A stretch of 64,000 bases of DNA from a virus (taxonomy: Duplodnaviria; Heunggongvirae; Uroviricota; Caudoviricetes): positions 13,017-77,016 of the IMG/VR virus record IMGVR_UViG_3300033066_001079; one strand, given 5' to 3'. Positions within the stretch are counted from its first letter, which is position 1. Every line of letters begins with the position of its first letter. This document shows, piece after piece, positions 1-9,894 of the stretch. Both the position numbers and the translations under genes were made by a program. The notes below the pieces were generated by a model. The model saw only the letters and a list, made by a program, of their open reading frames with translations, searched no databases and was not told the origin of the DNA.

Positions 1-120
1 ATCTTCCGGTCGAAATCTTGTTCGTATAAAACTTCATATCAATACACTCCTTTGGGTCTATTCGCGGCATTTAGCCGTAGAACTTGTGTTTCGTTGTTAT
101 CTTCCAAAATTCCTTCTTTT

Positions 121-1347
121 TTACGGTTTCTTTACTGGCTTAGTAGCAGGCCTTCTTCCTCGACCGCCCGGCGCTGGTGGCGTTGGCGGAGTAAGAGGGC
201 TTGTAGAAGGCTTTGGATTTACTGGGTTTGGTGGCGTATAGCCCGTGTAATAAGGGTTTGCGCCAGCAGGTGCGGGAGCAGGAGCGCCGGGGGCTGGTGT
301 AGCAGACGGAGGAGGGGTAGGAACAACGCCAGCAGGAGGCGGAGTAGGAACGGGAGCAGTCGGAGAGCCGGGGCCTCCCGGACCAGCAGGAGGCGTTCCG
401 CCAGAAGCAGGAGGTGTTCCTCCCGCCGCAGCACCGGGCGATGCCGCAGAACTGCTAGAACCGCCAGTTCCCATGTTTATAGTTTGCTTAATGGCTTCCC
501 ATTTTTGCTGAACCGTTGCAGGAGATACAAGCTTAAGACTAGTCAATCCCTGAACTGCATTCTGAACAGACTGCTGTTGTTGCGGAGTGCGAGGCTTGAA
601 GTTACCTAAGTAATCAGAAAGCTTACGCTTCGCAGCTTCAAGAGCCGTAAGAGAAGTCATTACTCCGCTTACTGCTCTATCCATGTCTCCAAGTTGGCGA
701 CCAACATTGAAATCAAGCTTCATACCCTGCCATCTATTGCCAATAGCATGACCTATGCCGTCAAAGATACCAGCTTCTTTGACAAGTTGATCTGCTGCTT
801 CAGAAAGCTTAAGAGAAATGTCAGGACGAGAAACAAGATCATTTGCAACATCTAAAGCCTCGTTGCTAGAATGAATGAGTCCGTCAACTGGTTCTTGATA
901 AATGTCGTCCAAAGACGCAAATATAGCAGATCCAAGGTCTGCTCCGTTAGCTACTTTGTACTGAATTGTGTTTGCGAGTTCTAGGTCAAAGTCCTTAAAC
1001 TGCGTTTGAGCTTCAACAGAGGCGGTCTTTAGTAGATTGTTTGCCTCAGCATCAGCATACTTATTCCAAGAGTTATTGTCGTCATTCAAAGAGTCTACAT
1101 ACTCTTCATGGCATTCGGTCCAAATAACTTGCGCTGCCTTTTGAGGCGTTTCGGTACGCTTCTTACGATAGCAGTTGCCCCAGCAGCGAGAGTTACGAAT
1201 GGCGTAACCTTGAATACCAACATACTGAGCGGTCTTAATAGCTACGACCTTGTTGGCGACAGCATCTATTCTATCTGCAAGCGAAACAAGACCTTGCTGG
1301 TCTAGCTCTTCTGCAACAGAAACAAGTAGCTTAATCGTATTTTCCAT
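121..1347 (-). CDS. hypothetical protein with Pro/Ala/Gly-rich low-complexity C-terminal tail
   Basis: 408-aa ORF with a globular N-terminal part and a long PAPGAP/TPPP-type tail. The tail accounts for the local GC-rich stretch at 180-470. The antisense 185-aa Arg-rich ORF at 52..609 is an artefact of this composition. Confidence 0.6.
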   Translation of the reverse strand: MENTIKLLVSVAEELDQQGLVSLADRIDAVANKVVAIKTAQYVGIQGYAIRNSRCWGNCYRKKRTETPQKAAQVIWTECHEEYVDSLNDDNNSWNKYADAEANNLLKTASVEAQTQFKDFDLELANTIQYKVANGADLGSAIFASLDDIYQEPVDGLIHSSNEALDVANDLVSRPDISLKLSEAADQLVKEAGIFDGIGHAIGNRWQGMKLDFNVGRQLGDMDRAVSGVMTSLTALEAAKRKLSDYLGNFKPRTPQQQQSVQNAVQGLTSLKLVSPATVQQKWEAIKQTINMGTGGSSSSAASPGAAAGGTPPASGGTPPAGPGGPGSPTAPVPTPPPAGVVPTPPPSATPAPGAPAPAPAGANPYYTGYTPPNPVNPKPSTSPLTPPTPPAPGGRGRRPATKPVKKP

Positions 1348-1359
1348 AAAACCGACTCC

Positions 1360-2364
1360 TTATCGTACCCTAAACTTGGGTTGAAAGTCTCTTCCTACAA
1401 ACGAAAACTCTTTAACATTTTGCATGCGAAACGCTCGGATTCCTCCAACCGTTTCGTCAAATGTTACAAGAATCTCATGAGAAGGCTCTCCGTCTGGGTG
1501 AGACGTGTACCTTCCATGAGGCTCTACATATCTGGTTATCATAGTATTGCCAAAGAGCATCGTTCCCTTTGTTTTGGGAGTAGTTTGATAGTTTATCTTC
1601 ATTACTTGCTTGTTTTCTTGTCCCCAACTAAACGCATCCGAGATATTAGTGAACTGCGGAATCTGCTGCTCTAATTCTTCGACATTTTTCGGTTCTAACT
1701 CTTCTGGGACCGCAGGTTCTTCCTGAGGAAGACCCTCTTGGTCTTGCATTTGCTCTTGCTCTTCCATTGAATCTTCAAGATATTGACCAAGCTCATCAGG
1801 ATTAAGAACTGGAAGGTTTGGATCTTCTTGCGGATTCTGTTCTGGCTGTTGAGGAGGAAGCGAGTCTAGATGATCATAATATTCGCCAAGAGTAGGAAAC
1901 TGCTTTATAGTTTCGTCTGTGATTACTTGAGCAGACTTAAGAACAAGAGAGGACTCTCTTGAACCCTTCTTGGCAAAAGCGACAACTCCATTAGCCTTGT
2001 TGAAGATCATAATGTCGCCAACCTGAATTCGGTTTGCTTCAAAGTATCCAACATTTGCTTCAACGGCATATCGACACGGTTCAACGCTAGAAACCGTTTG
2101 TCTTGACAATGGGTTTATTCTATCTATTTTTACGACCTTGCCTTTATCGTCTGCAAATGCGATATCAAGAGGCAAATAGGTGTTCTCTCCCCAGAAGTTA
2201 AGTTTCTGAGTTCTTCCAAAGATAAACAGCATTCCGGCGTCATGCGGCATGCTTTTGACAAACATCAAACCTTGAGCCATAGCCTCGGGGGTTTCTGCTA
2301 TCTTTACTCTGAGAGTGGGGAAAACATTGAGAGACATAATTGAGAGTACCTTTTTGCGAAACAT
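1360..2364 (-). CDS. hypothetical protein with acidic E/Q/P-rich C-terminal region
   Basis: 334-aa ORF with an ATG start preceded by AAAAGGAGGTAA, a strong SD. No recognisable motif. Confidence 0.6.
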   Translation of the reverse strand: MFRKKVLSIMSLNVFPTLRVKIAETPEAMAQGLMFVKSMPHDAGMLFIFGRTQKLNFWGENTYLPLDIAFADDKGKVVKIDRINPLSRQTVSSVEPCRYAVEANVGYFEANRIQVGDIMIFNKANGVVAFAKKGSRESSLVLKSAQVITDETIKQFPTLGEYYDHLDSLPPQQPEQNPQEDPNLPVLNPDELGQYLEDSMEEQEQMQDQEGLPQEEPAVPEELEPKNVEELEQQIPQFTNISDAFSWGQENKQVMKINYQTTPKTKGTMLFGNTMITRYVEPHGRYTSHPDGEPSHEILVTFDETVGGIRAFRMQNVKEFSFVGRDFQPKFRVR

Positions 2365-2448
2365 TTACCTCCTTTTAGCAAATGACGGGTAGGACTTTTT
2401 GCCCGTAATTTTGTATAGAATGTATACACCAAAGAGAGGAGGTAAACT

Positions 2449-2718
2449 ATGTCAAACATCGTCCATTTTGTTCTAAAACTATTGTTCGGAAATAGCGATT
2501 CAGGAGATCTAATCATCTCTTCTAATGTTCCGGAAGTTGTTGTTCATACAGGTTGGACTCCTAAGCAAGTTTACATCAATCTCCATAATGAACACGGTCA
2601 CAGCGTTTGCGGTTCACATCATGACTGGTTTGATGTAAAGATCGTTCGTCACGGTTTCATTGTTCGATGCCTAATCAAAAGCAGCTTTAGGAAGATAACA
2701 TGGGTGGCAACCAAGTAA
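2449..2718 (+). CDS. small His-rich hypothetical protein
   Basis: 89-aa ORF with a strong SD (AGAGGAGGTAAACT-ATG). It opens a short plus-strand island inside a minus-strand region and overlaps the next gene's start by 19 nt. Confidence 0.45.
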   Translation: MSNIVHFVLKLLFGNSDSGDLIISSNVPEVVVHTGWTPKQVYINLHNEHGHSVCGSHHDWFDVKIVRHGFIVRCLIKSSFRKITWVATK

Positions 2719-3689
2719 ATGTTGTTGGATGGTATGGAAAAAGAAACTGTGGCGACGAAAGCTACAAGCTAGCTTTCCCATGCGTTTTCCCTGAATATGA
2801 GTTCGTGTTTTCTGATCAGCCAATAGAAAAAGCTGATGCTTATATACTTGGCGGAGGAGACATCTTAAATAACTCTCTTCTTGCTAAGTTTCAAAACATC
2901 AAAAAGCCAAAGCATGTGATGTCGGTAACAGCTTCTTCTAAGATAGAAAAGAAGATGCTAGACGGTTTTCGCACCATTATTGTAAGAGACACAGCCTCTC
3001 ATGCCAACTTAAAAAGCATAGGCGTTGACGCTCTTCTCTATCCAGACTTTTCATTTGCTCTTTCATACAACAGAGAAAGAGGCGCTCAGCTAATAAAAAG
3101 CTTCTTTGATAAGGAAAAACACGATCTATATGACAAGAAGGTTGTAGTTGTTATGAATGGACATATGGTTCCATATCATGCAGCCCCGGCCTATGAGTAC
3201 GCCCGGCTAGACAAGTTGTGCTATGACCTTGCTATTTCCTTGGACCAAACACCGGCTAGCTTTATCTTCATTCCATTTGGAACTAAAGCTCCTTGGGACG
3301 ACAGACTCCCAAATAGTATTGTAGCGTCCAGATGCAAATACTGGAAGAAGAATGTCATGGTTTATGACGAGTTAGGCGTTCAAGACATACTCGATATGAT
3401 TTCAGGATCTCATGCTGTAGTAAGCAGTCGCCTTCACTCTTCAATTTTTAGCGCAACTTGCGAACGGCCTTTTGTAGACATAACTCATAGCCACAAGAAC
3501 AGATACTTTCTTGAAACGATTGGTTATAAGAAGGCCTCTATTGGTTACGACAGCTTCAACTCAACACAAATGACAACCATGCTAAAACATGCTATTTTTG
3601 ATAGGAATGCCGCTGAAGAAATTGGAAGTATCGTTTCTCTAAACAAGTTCTTGCTTACTGGGCTCTCAAAGTCTATACTCTTAACGTAA
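2700..3689 (+). CDS. polysaccharide pyruvyl transferase-like protein (CsaB/PS_pyruv_trans family)
   Basis: N-terminal GWYGKRNCGDES matches the G-x-YG-x-x-N-x-GD-E signature of pyruvyl transferases. SD AGGAAG lies upstream. The family assignment comes from the motif only. Confidence 0.5.
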   Translation: MGGNQVNVVGWYGKRNCGDESYKLAFPCVFPEYEFVFSDQPIEKADAYILGGGDILNNSLLAKFQNIKKPKHVMSVTASSKIEKKMLDGFRTIIVRDTASHANLKSIGVDALLYPDFSFALSYNRERGAQLIKSFFDKEKHDLYDKKVVVVMNGHMVPYHAAPAYEYARLDKLCYDLAISLDQTPASFIFIPFGTKAPWDDRLPNSIVASRCKYWKKNVMVYDELGVQDILDMISGSHAVVSSRLHSSIFSATCERPFVDITHSHKNRYFLETIGYKKASIGYDSFNSTQMTTMLKHAIFDRNAAEEIGSIVSLNKFLLTGLSKSILLT

Positions 3690-3699
3690 AGAGGCGATC

Positions 3700-4974
3700 A
3701 TGTATCTTTTGTATGACGAAAATCAAATAATACGTATCGTCTCTTCAAATAAAGTGAAGTGCGACGGACTATTCCATGTACAGGTTGAAGACAACAGAGA
3801 TTGGAATAAGCTGATTTATAAGAAGCTTCCCGTAGAAGTCCTTGAAGCTATCGGCGCGAAGACAAGAAAGGCTCACGCCGACCTTCGAGTAGCGATTATC
3901 TGCAACTGGAATGACAGATGCGGAATATCGACGTATAGCAGCTTTCTTGTCAATTCTCTTAAGTCAAAAGTAAATGCAATCAAGATATTTTCCGAGTTCT
4001 CCGACGACGCATCATATACCGACGAACCAAATGTAATTCGATGCTGGAAACGAGGAGAAGACTTAGAAAAAACCGTCAAGCTAGTCAAAGAATGGTCGCC
4101 GGACTTCGTTATCATACAACATGAATACGGCATTTTCCCAAACGCTTTCAAGTTTATGCAACTTATGTCTGCTCTAGATAAGATACCATATGCTGTTGTT
4201 ATGCATAGCGTATATCATCACCTAGACAAGGCTGTATATAGCGAAAGCGCCAAGAACATCATTGTCCACTCGAATGAAGCCAAATCGCTACTCAGGACCA
4301 TAGGTAACACTAACAATATCTATGTAGTACCGCATGGCTGCGTTCAGCTCAAAGAAACGCAAGAACTATGGAACATTTGCGTAAATCCTTATACAATTCT
4401 TCAGTTCGGGTTTGGCTTTGCTTATAAAGGCGTTGACAGAGCATTGCATGCTATCGCCCATCTAAAAGCCGTAAACAACAAGTACGAGAACCTACAGTAC
4501 ATTTATCTATGCAGTACCAATAGCCACAACTATGCAGCAAATGCCGAGTATTGCAAGAAGCTAACTCAGCTAGCAAAAGACTTGGGCATTCTTCCAAACA
4601 TAGTCATCATACAAAAATACCAGACAGAAGAAATGATCAATCTCTATCTTCGTCTTGGTAAAATAGCTATCTTCCCATATGTCATTGACCCTCAGAATGA
4701 AGTCTTTGGAGCAAGCGGCGCTATACGAATAGCTCTTGCTAACAAGAGGCCTGTTATTGCTAGCGAGAGCCATCTATTTGACGACCTTGAAGGCATAGTG
4801 CCTCGTCCTACCAATCACATAGAACTAGCCAAGGAAATCGACAAGATCTTCAGTCAAACAGAGTACCGAGATGGTCTTGTAGAGAAGAGCTTCAATTTCG
4901 TAAAGGATACGTCTTGGGACGTAGCGGCTCAAAGCTATCTTGCAGCATATGACCAAATCGTAGATCAGCTATAA
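3700..4974 (+). CDS. glycosyltransferase, GT4/GT1-like (GT-B fold)
   Basis: The N-terminal RVAIICNWNDRCGISTYS and C-terminal EVFGASGAIRIALANKRPVIAS resemble the GT4 donor-binding E-x7-E region. SD AAAGAGG lies upstream. Confidence 0.5.
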   Translation: MYLLYDENQIIRIVSSNKVKCDGLFHVQVEDNRDWNKLIYKKLPVEVLEAIGAKTRKAHADLRVAIICNWNDRCGISTYSSFLVNSLKSKVNAIKIFSEFSDDASYTDEPNVIRCWKRGEDLEKTVKLVKEWSPDFVIIQHEYGIFPNAFKFMQLMSALDKIPYAVVMHSVYHHLDKAVYSESAKNIIVHSNEAKSLLRTIGNTNNIYVVPHGCVQLKETQELWNICVNPYTILQFGFGFAYKGVDRALHAIAHLKAVNNKYENLQYIYLCSTNSHNYAANAEYCKKLTQLAKDLGILPNIVIIQKYQTEEMINLYLRLGKIAIFPYVIDPQNEVFGASGAIRIALANKRPVIASESHLFDDLEGIVPRPTNHIELAKEIDKIFSQTEYRDGLVEKSFNFVKDTSWDVAAQSYLAAYDQIVDQL

Positions 4975-5435
4975 CGAAAGCCTACTGCCTCTATAGCCGA
5001 TTTTACTTCTTCTTCATTGTCGTCTTGAACATTGATTGCGATCAAGTTACCCCGACACTCTTCTGGATTAAGTTCAAAGTCCATAGAGACTTGATTTGCA
5101 AGTATCCATTTAATGATTTGCTGTTTATTGGATACGGTATCATAACCGACGCTTTTTAGCAGTTTAGGCTTTTGATCTTCGCCCTGAACAGCCAGCTTCT
5201 TTTGAGCAAAATCGTATTTGAGTTTTACTGGGACTGGGTTGGAAGGCTCTTCAACCTTTTCTTTTTCAACATATGGCTTCATGCGTCGTTCATGAATATC
5301 ATACTCGAACTTAAGTTCACTACCAATGAACTTGTGCATCTCTCCGGTTTTTACATCAAACCATAAGAGAGATTTGACCATCGCTTTGGATGTCTTGACT
5401 TGTCGTTTCTCGACTTCAAGATAGATAGTCTTCAT
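4965..5435 (-). CDS. hypothetical protein
   Basis: 156-aa ORF in the operon, lysine/glutamate-rich, with no motif. Confidence 0.5.
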   Translation of the reverse strand: MKTIYLEVEKRQVKTSKAMVKSLLWFDVKTGEMHKFIGSELKFEYDIHERRMKPYVEKEKVEEPSNPVPVKLKYDFAQKKLAVQGEDQKPKLLKSVGYDTVSNKQQIIKWILANQVSMDFELNPEECRGNLIAINVQDDNEEEVKSAIEAVGFRYS

Positions 5436-5790
5436 GCTTTAGTCTTTGATACCACCCAAGATCATTCCCCTTGGATGCCTTCTTTTCTAGCGCGAAAGTA
5501 TTATCATTCAAGATGATAACCTTGATAGCTTCTGCGCCCTTCTCGGTTATCTTGACGTACTTGCCCTCGTCCTGCACTAGACCTGCCGTTTCCATGCGAG
5601 CTAACTCCATAGGAGAGATATTAGCTGGCTTGAGAAACCTTCTGCTTGCAGACTTATTAGTTCCTTCCCACATAGAGAACAAAGCCTGATGAGTAGGATC
5701 GTTCTTGTTCAGCCTAGTTCTTACGTCCTGCAATGCAGGCATAAGCTGAATAAGAATATCTATCAATGATTGTTGAGCGGTTTTTTGCAT
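5416..5790 (-). CDS. putative winged-helix DNA-binding protein
   Basis: 124 aa. The segment ISPMELARMETAGLVQDEGKYVKITEKG resembles a MarR/wHTH recognition helix plus wing. Confidence 0.45.
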   Translation of the reverse strand: MQKTAQQSLIDILIQLMPALQDVRTRLNKNDPTHQALFSMWEGTNKSASRRFLKPANISPMELARMETAGLVQDEGKYVKITEKGAEAIKVIILNDNTFALEKKASKGNDLGWYQRLKHEDYLS

Positions 5791-5791
5791 A

Positions 5792-6037
5792 TTACATTCC
5801 TACTTGAACGCCCCATCCTCTTAGTTTCTTTCTGATTTTATCTTGTATCTCTACAAGAATCATAGCGTCAGATTCAGACGCTACATTCATACCAACAAGT
5901 CCAAGAGAGTTGAAAGCGTTCTGAAAACTCTTAATCCTAGGATTTGAAGGAGGGCCTTGAAGTCTTGAGGGATCAAAACGCAAGGTCTGCATCTGCGATT
6001 CAACATAAGATGAGGATACGATCTTTTTCATGACCAC
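5792..6037 (-). CDS. hypothetical protein
   Basis: 81-aa ORF tightly packed between neighbouring genes. Confidence 0.4.
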   Translation of the reverse strand: MVMKKIVSSSYVESQMQTLRFDPSRLQGPPSNPRIKSFQNAFNSLGLVGMNVASESDAMILVEIQDKIRKKLRGWGVQVGM

Positions 6038-6777
6038 AATGTATTCCTATGCGGGTAAGGGTTCTCGCCTTCTTTGCCCCACAAAAACGGTTCGTTCTTT
6101 AGCTCTCTCCAAACCTGTCCCTCATTTATGGACGGGTCGTTATATCCTTCAAGGCCCTTCTTGTACCTACTCTGATTCTTTATGTCTCTATCTCTGCCAG
6201 CTACTTCCTCGTCAATCTCTGACCACTCAAATACTCTTTCTTTCATTGGGAGATCTAGATTTGAGAAAGGCCCATGCACTCCCTTTGCTACCGTTTCAGG
6301 CTTTTTCCTTCTCAAAGCGTAGAACTGTACAAGCATAGAACGGATGTACAAGTTTCTCGATATGATATGGCCCACCCATTCAATAGCGAGTTTGTATTCG
6401 ATGACTTTGGACATGGTTTTATATGAAACACTCTTTGTGTCGCTGCATAGAGTGCGACAAAGAGCGGCGTCAACTCTCTCGAAATCGGATAGTCCGGGAT
6501 ACAAGGCTACCGCCCTCTTCAATCCCTGAACGGCATAAACAAAGATGTTCTCTATCCCCTCTGTTGGAGGGCTATTGCTTGGAACGGAAGATTCTAACGT
6601 GTCAGCCAAATCCGTCCAAAGCTTAGAAACAATGCCATAGGCATTCCTAGCCTTCTTCTTGAAGGCAGAAATCGCCGTCTGGATAGGCATTTTACCCATT
6701 CCTTCAACTTCTATGAAGCCTTGTGGCAAAACCTTGATACCATGAATAGAAAGCTCTTTTTCGAGGAGTTCAAGCAT
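6028..6777 (-). CDS. hypothetical protein
   Basis: 249-aa ORF with overlapping packing in the same operon. Confidence 0.5.
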   Translation of the reverse strand: MLELLEKELSIHGIKVLPQGFIEVEGMGKMPIQTAISAFKKKARNAYGIVSKLWTDLADTLESSVPSNSPPTEGIENIFVYAVQGLKRAVALYPGLSDFERVDAALCRTLCSDTKSVSYKTMSKVIEYKLAIEWVGHIISRNLYIRSMLVQFYALRRKKPETVAKGVHGPFSNLDLPMKERVFEWSEIDEEVAGRDRDIKNQSRYKKGLEGYNDPSINEGQVWRELKNEPFLWGKEGENPYPHRNTLWS

Positions 6778-7363
6778 CCTTGCCCTCCCTTGGCAAAACG
6801 CCTACAGTAATATGAAACTTGTGGTCCTTGATTGTAGGAGTCAAATCGTAATCTTCTCTAAGCTCAGATAGCTCAGGAGCATCTATATCAAGAACCCAAA
6901 CCTTTTCTATCTCCGGCCATCCGTCAGGGTCTTTTATCTCTTCTAGTCCCATTATCTTGTACGGAATAGTCTTACCGTCTTCTGCAAACTCAATATCATT
7001 CTCTTCTATCTCGTCCCTGCGAATTACTGTTACATGAGCGCCTATGTCATTTCTCTTATGCTTAGGCGGCTTTTGCGCATCAGGCAAAAGAGGCAGAAAC
7101 GCTTTCAACAAAGAATCGTCAACCTTGAGATAAACAAAACCGTCTTCCGTCTGCTTGAGGGTTCCCTCTAAAACAGTCAGAACGCTATCTCCTGCTATCT
7201 TCTTAAAAATGGAAGCAAGAGCCGCCTGAGAATAGTTTTTAGTCATATCCAAGGCATAGTCCCTAGGATAGAGGTTAGACCAGTAAGTTGTTAGCTTACG
7301 TTGGTCTTTCTTTTGCCTCTTCTTCCAGCTTGGAGGAACATGCTTAGATACGATTTGCTTCAT
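6770..7363 (-). CDS. putative 2H-phosphoesterase superfamily protein (LigT/Acb1-like)
   Basis: Two H-x-T-V motifs (GAHVTVIRR and FHITVGV) about 70 aa apart in the C-terminal half, which is the hallmark of 2H phosphoesterases. The N-terminal ~100 aa is an unassigned extension. Confidence 0.4.
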   Translation of the reverse strand: MKQIVSKHVPPSWKKRQKKDQRKLTTYWSNLYPRDYALDMTKNYSQAALASIFKKIAGDSVLTVLEGTLKQTEDGFVYLKVDDSLLKAFLPLLPDAQKPPKHKRNDIGAHVTVIRRDEIEENDIEFAEDGKTIPYKIMGLEEIKDPDGWPEIEKVWVLDIDAPELSELREDYDLTPTIKDHKFHITVGVLPREGKDA

Positions 7364-8043
7364 TTATTGTTTGCCCTATCCTGCACAGCCTTCTGGAACT
7401 TGATGATACGCTCCTTTGCTTGTTCGTGGTCAGCAAAGGCAATTCCTTGATTCTTCTCCGCTTCATACTCAGCCAATAGATCTCGCGGCTTTGTGTTTTT
7501 TATATCAGGGCGAGCGATATGAACTCCCTCAGGAGGATTGTTGAATCTCTCATTGAGGCTCATATCTTCTCGGTCTTTCTTTTGCGGCAAAGGCTCGACT
7601 TCTGACTTCTTTACAGTAGCCATGATAGTCTTCTCTCCCGCCTTGCGTATCTTCTTGGATTCTTTAGACGCCTTTACTTCTGCCGCAGGAGGAGCCGCCT
7701 CAATAGTAGCTTCTGGCGTATCAAGCGCTATGAGATTACACTTGATAGCTGTTTGAACTTCAACAGACATGGCATCCTTAGCGCTGACATAAAAAAGCTG
7801 CTGAGGAGCGCAAACAATAGAGCCAATGCTTACTTTGGTTCGAGAGATATTCTTGTACGCAATCAAATTGATTGACTTGAAATCTCCTATTGCTTCGATC
7901 ATCTTATTAGTAACGGCAAACTGAATGCCTCCGTCTACGCATTGCTCTTCGGTAAGAGAAAACTCTTCGCCCGCTCTATAAGAGCGGCCAAGAGCATTTA
8001 CAACAAACTTACCCTTCATCGTTGGCGCTACTTTGAAATTCAT
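7360..8043 (-). CDS. hypothetical protein
   Basis: 227-aa ORF with a lysine-rich C-terminal half. Confidence 0.5.
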   Translation of the reverse strand: MNFKVAPTMKGKFVVNALGRSYRAGEEFSLTEEQCVDGGIQFAVTNKMIEAIGDFKSINLIAYKNISRTKVSIGSIVCAPQQLFYVSAKDAMSVEVQTAIKCNLIALDTPEATIEAAPPAAEVKASKESKKIRKAGEKTIMATVKKSEVEPLPQKKDREDMSLNERFNNPPEGVHIARPDIKNTKPRDLLAEYEAEKNQGIAFADHEQAKERIIKFQKAVQDRANNK

Positions 8044-8054
8044 GGTTCTTCCTT

Positions 8055-8534
8055 TCAGATGTTTCTTAGTCTTTGCTTGAGGCCCTGAAGAACGCCATTC
8101 CCGTTATATGAATTAACGTTTGAAGGCGGTCTGTCCCTATGGTTATCGTCTAATTGCCTGCTAGTTGTTTGATTGATGCCAAGAGTTGCGTCCGAGCTAT
8201 CTCCCTCTCCAATTTCGCCGTCGTCATGAAGCTCCAAACCATGATCTGTAACTATGCCTCTTCCATTATCTCTTTTTGGTCTACCTTCTGAATCGTCAAG
8301 GATAGTGCTATCAGAAGGCCATGCAGGACCGTTCTCAAATTGAGAAGCGCCTCCGCCCGGAATCGAGTTGGAGGTTCCTTGATTTCCTGCTCGTAGCTTA
8401 TCAACCGTATCTTCGCTTCCGGGCTTGCCTTTATTCAAACGATAAGGATCTCGTCGTTCTGGACTAAAGACATCAAAAGCTGACGGCGGATCTCTGCGAG
8501 CAATCTTAGAGAGATTATATGGTTGGGGGCGCAC
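8055..8534 (-). CDS. hypothetical Gly/Ser/Asp-rich protein
   Basis: 159-aa ORF in the operon. Confidence 0.45.
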   Translation of the reverse strand: MRPQPYNLSKIARRDPPSAFDVFSPERRDPYRLNKGKPGSEDTVDKLRAGNQGTSNSIPGGGASQFENGPAWPSDSTILDDSEGRPKRDNGRGIVTDHGLELHDDGEIGEGDSSDATLGINQTTSRQLDDNHRDRPPSNVNSYNGNGVLQGLKQRLRNI

Positions 8535-9894
8535 TAGGGCCTCCGCCTAATGGCTTTGGCTGAGGAGCCGGAGCGGGCGCTGGCTGCTCAGGAGTATCTA
8601 GACTAAAGTAGTTAGAAGATTGCGCTCCCGGGGCGGGCGGCGGAGTTGCTGGCGCTGGAGGAGACGCCGCCGAAGGCGTTCCTTCGCTTGGCGGTTGCTC
8701 GCCTACTCCCGCTCCAAATGGGTCATGATTGAATGTTGGTTCAGCAAGAGTTGGCTGACCGTCAGCAGTATTGGTTGCGCTTGGCGCAGGAGGAATAGTG
8801 CTTCCCATCTCAGGGACATCACCCATTGGCTCTCCTGTATCCATTGAGATATCGCCCTCAGAAGTAGGAAGTTCGCCCATGCCCGGTGCTCCGCTTCCAT
8901 CGCCGCCCATTGGGTCTGTTCCCATTGGGTCTGCTCCCGTCATACCAGATGGGTCTGATTGCTCTGCTGCTCCTTCTAAAGCTGAAGGATCAAATCCTGA
9001 TTGCTCTGCCCAAAGCCTTTCGTCTCCGGCTGTTGGGTCGTTACCATTAAGGAAGTCGGTATCTCGATCTTCAGGCGGGATATTGCCTTCTTGAGGCGGA
9101 ATGGCAGAGGTCTGAGCAATCGTCAAAAGAAACGCTTGCTTGTCTTTGGTTATACCGTTGACAAGATCTGTCTCTTCTGCATTGAGCGCTCTATTTTCTT
9201 TTGCTGCCTGAAGATAGGTATGATAAAGAAGCTTGTCTGCGTCTCTCATAGAAGAAAGAGCCATCTTCAAGGCTTTCTCTCCGCCCTTGAATCCGTGCAT
9301 GGCATCAACTTCTACCTTCTTGCCAAAATTATCTCGATTCTTTTCCGCGCTAGAATGATGAGGAAGACCATCTAGATTGCCAAATCTATCTGGATTGGCC
9401 TGCAACTGACTTCCTCTTTGAGGAACGTTGTTTGGAACCTTGGTAATAGGACCGTCTAGTTGATCGCCAACATACTTATCCCAAAATGCTGTATCTGGAT
9501 CGTTATTAGCCTTAGCAAAAGCGTCTCTGTACTTGCGGTCAAAAGCCTCAGAAAGAGCAGCGGCAGGAGTTACTCCGCCCCTTGTTCCGTCTTCGTGCTG
9601 CCTATGAGGATATAGCTTAGAGTCAGCGTCTCCCAAAGCTCCCTCAATGGTCTTATCATTGTGAGCGGCCTTTTTACGATTCTCGTCTAGCATGGCCTCA
9701 TGCGTAACCGGATTATCAATAGGTCTACGGTCTTCTTCCAATATGCTGTTAAAGTTTGGCACATAGCTCTTATCGCTAAGAGATAGGTTGTACTTTTGAG
9801 CGTGTTGAGGAAGAACGACAGAATGCGGAGATACGCTATCTTTCGCCTTCTGAGATATTTTCTTAAGATTGAAAGCCATTACTATACTCCTCAC
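8515..9894 (-). CDS. hypothetical protein with Pro/Ala-rich N-terminal low-complexity region
   Basis: 459-aa ORF immediately downstream of the terminase. The first ~60 residues are rich in PAPA/PPAP. Confidence 0.55.
   Translation of the reverse strand: MRSIVMAFNLKKISQKAKDSVSPHSVVLPQHAQKYNLSLSDKSYVPNFNSILEEDRRPIDNPVTHEAMLDENRKKAAHNDKTIEGALGDADSKLYPHRQHEDGTRGGVTPAAALSEAFDRKYRDAFAKANNDPDTAFWDKYVGDQLDGPITKVPNNVPQRGSQLQANPDRFGNLDGLPHHSSAEKNRDNFGKKVEVDAMHGFKGGEKALKMALSSMRDADKLLYHTYLQAAKENRALNAEETDLVNGITKDKQAFLLTIAQTSAIPPQEGNIPPEDRDTDFLNGNDPTAGDERLWAEQSGFDPSALEGAAEQSDPSGMTGADPMGTDPMGGDGSGAPGMGELPTSEGDISMDTGEPMGDVPEMGSTIPPAPSATNTADGQPTLAEPTFNHDPFGAGVGEQPPSEGTPSAASPPAPATPPPAPGAQSSNYFSLDTPEQPAPAPAPQPKPLGGGPSAPPTI

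Noticed and set aside
52-609. 185-aa plus-strand ORF, Arg/Ser-rich
   Set aside because: It is antisense to the Pro/Ala/Gly-rich tail of the minus-strand gene at 121..1347. Its composition (RRRSR runs) is the mirror of GC-rich Pro codons. No SD.
9001-9375. Numerous 60-130-aa ORFs nested in or antisense to long genes (e.g. 9001..9375, 10344..10865, 25218..25745, 30228..30797, 51545..52081)
   Set aside because: Each lies entirely within a longer ORF that has recognisable domains or operon context. They have no SD, and compositions typical of antisense frames.
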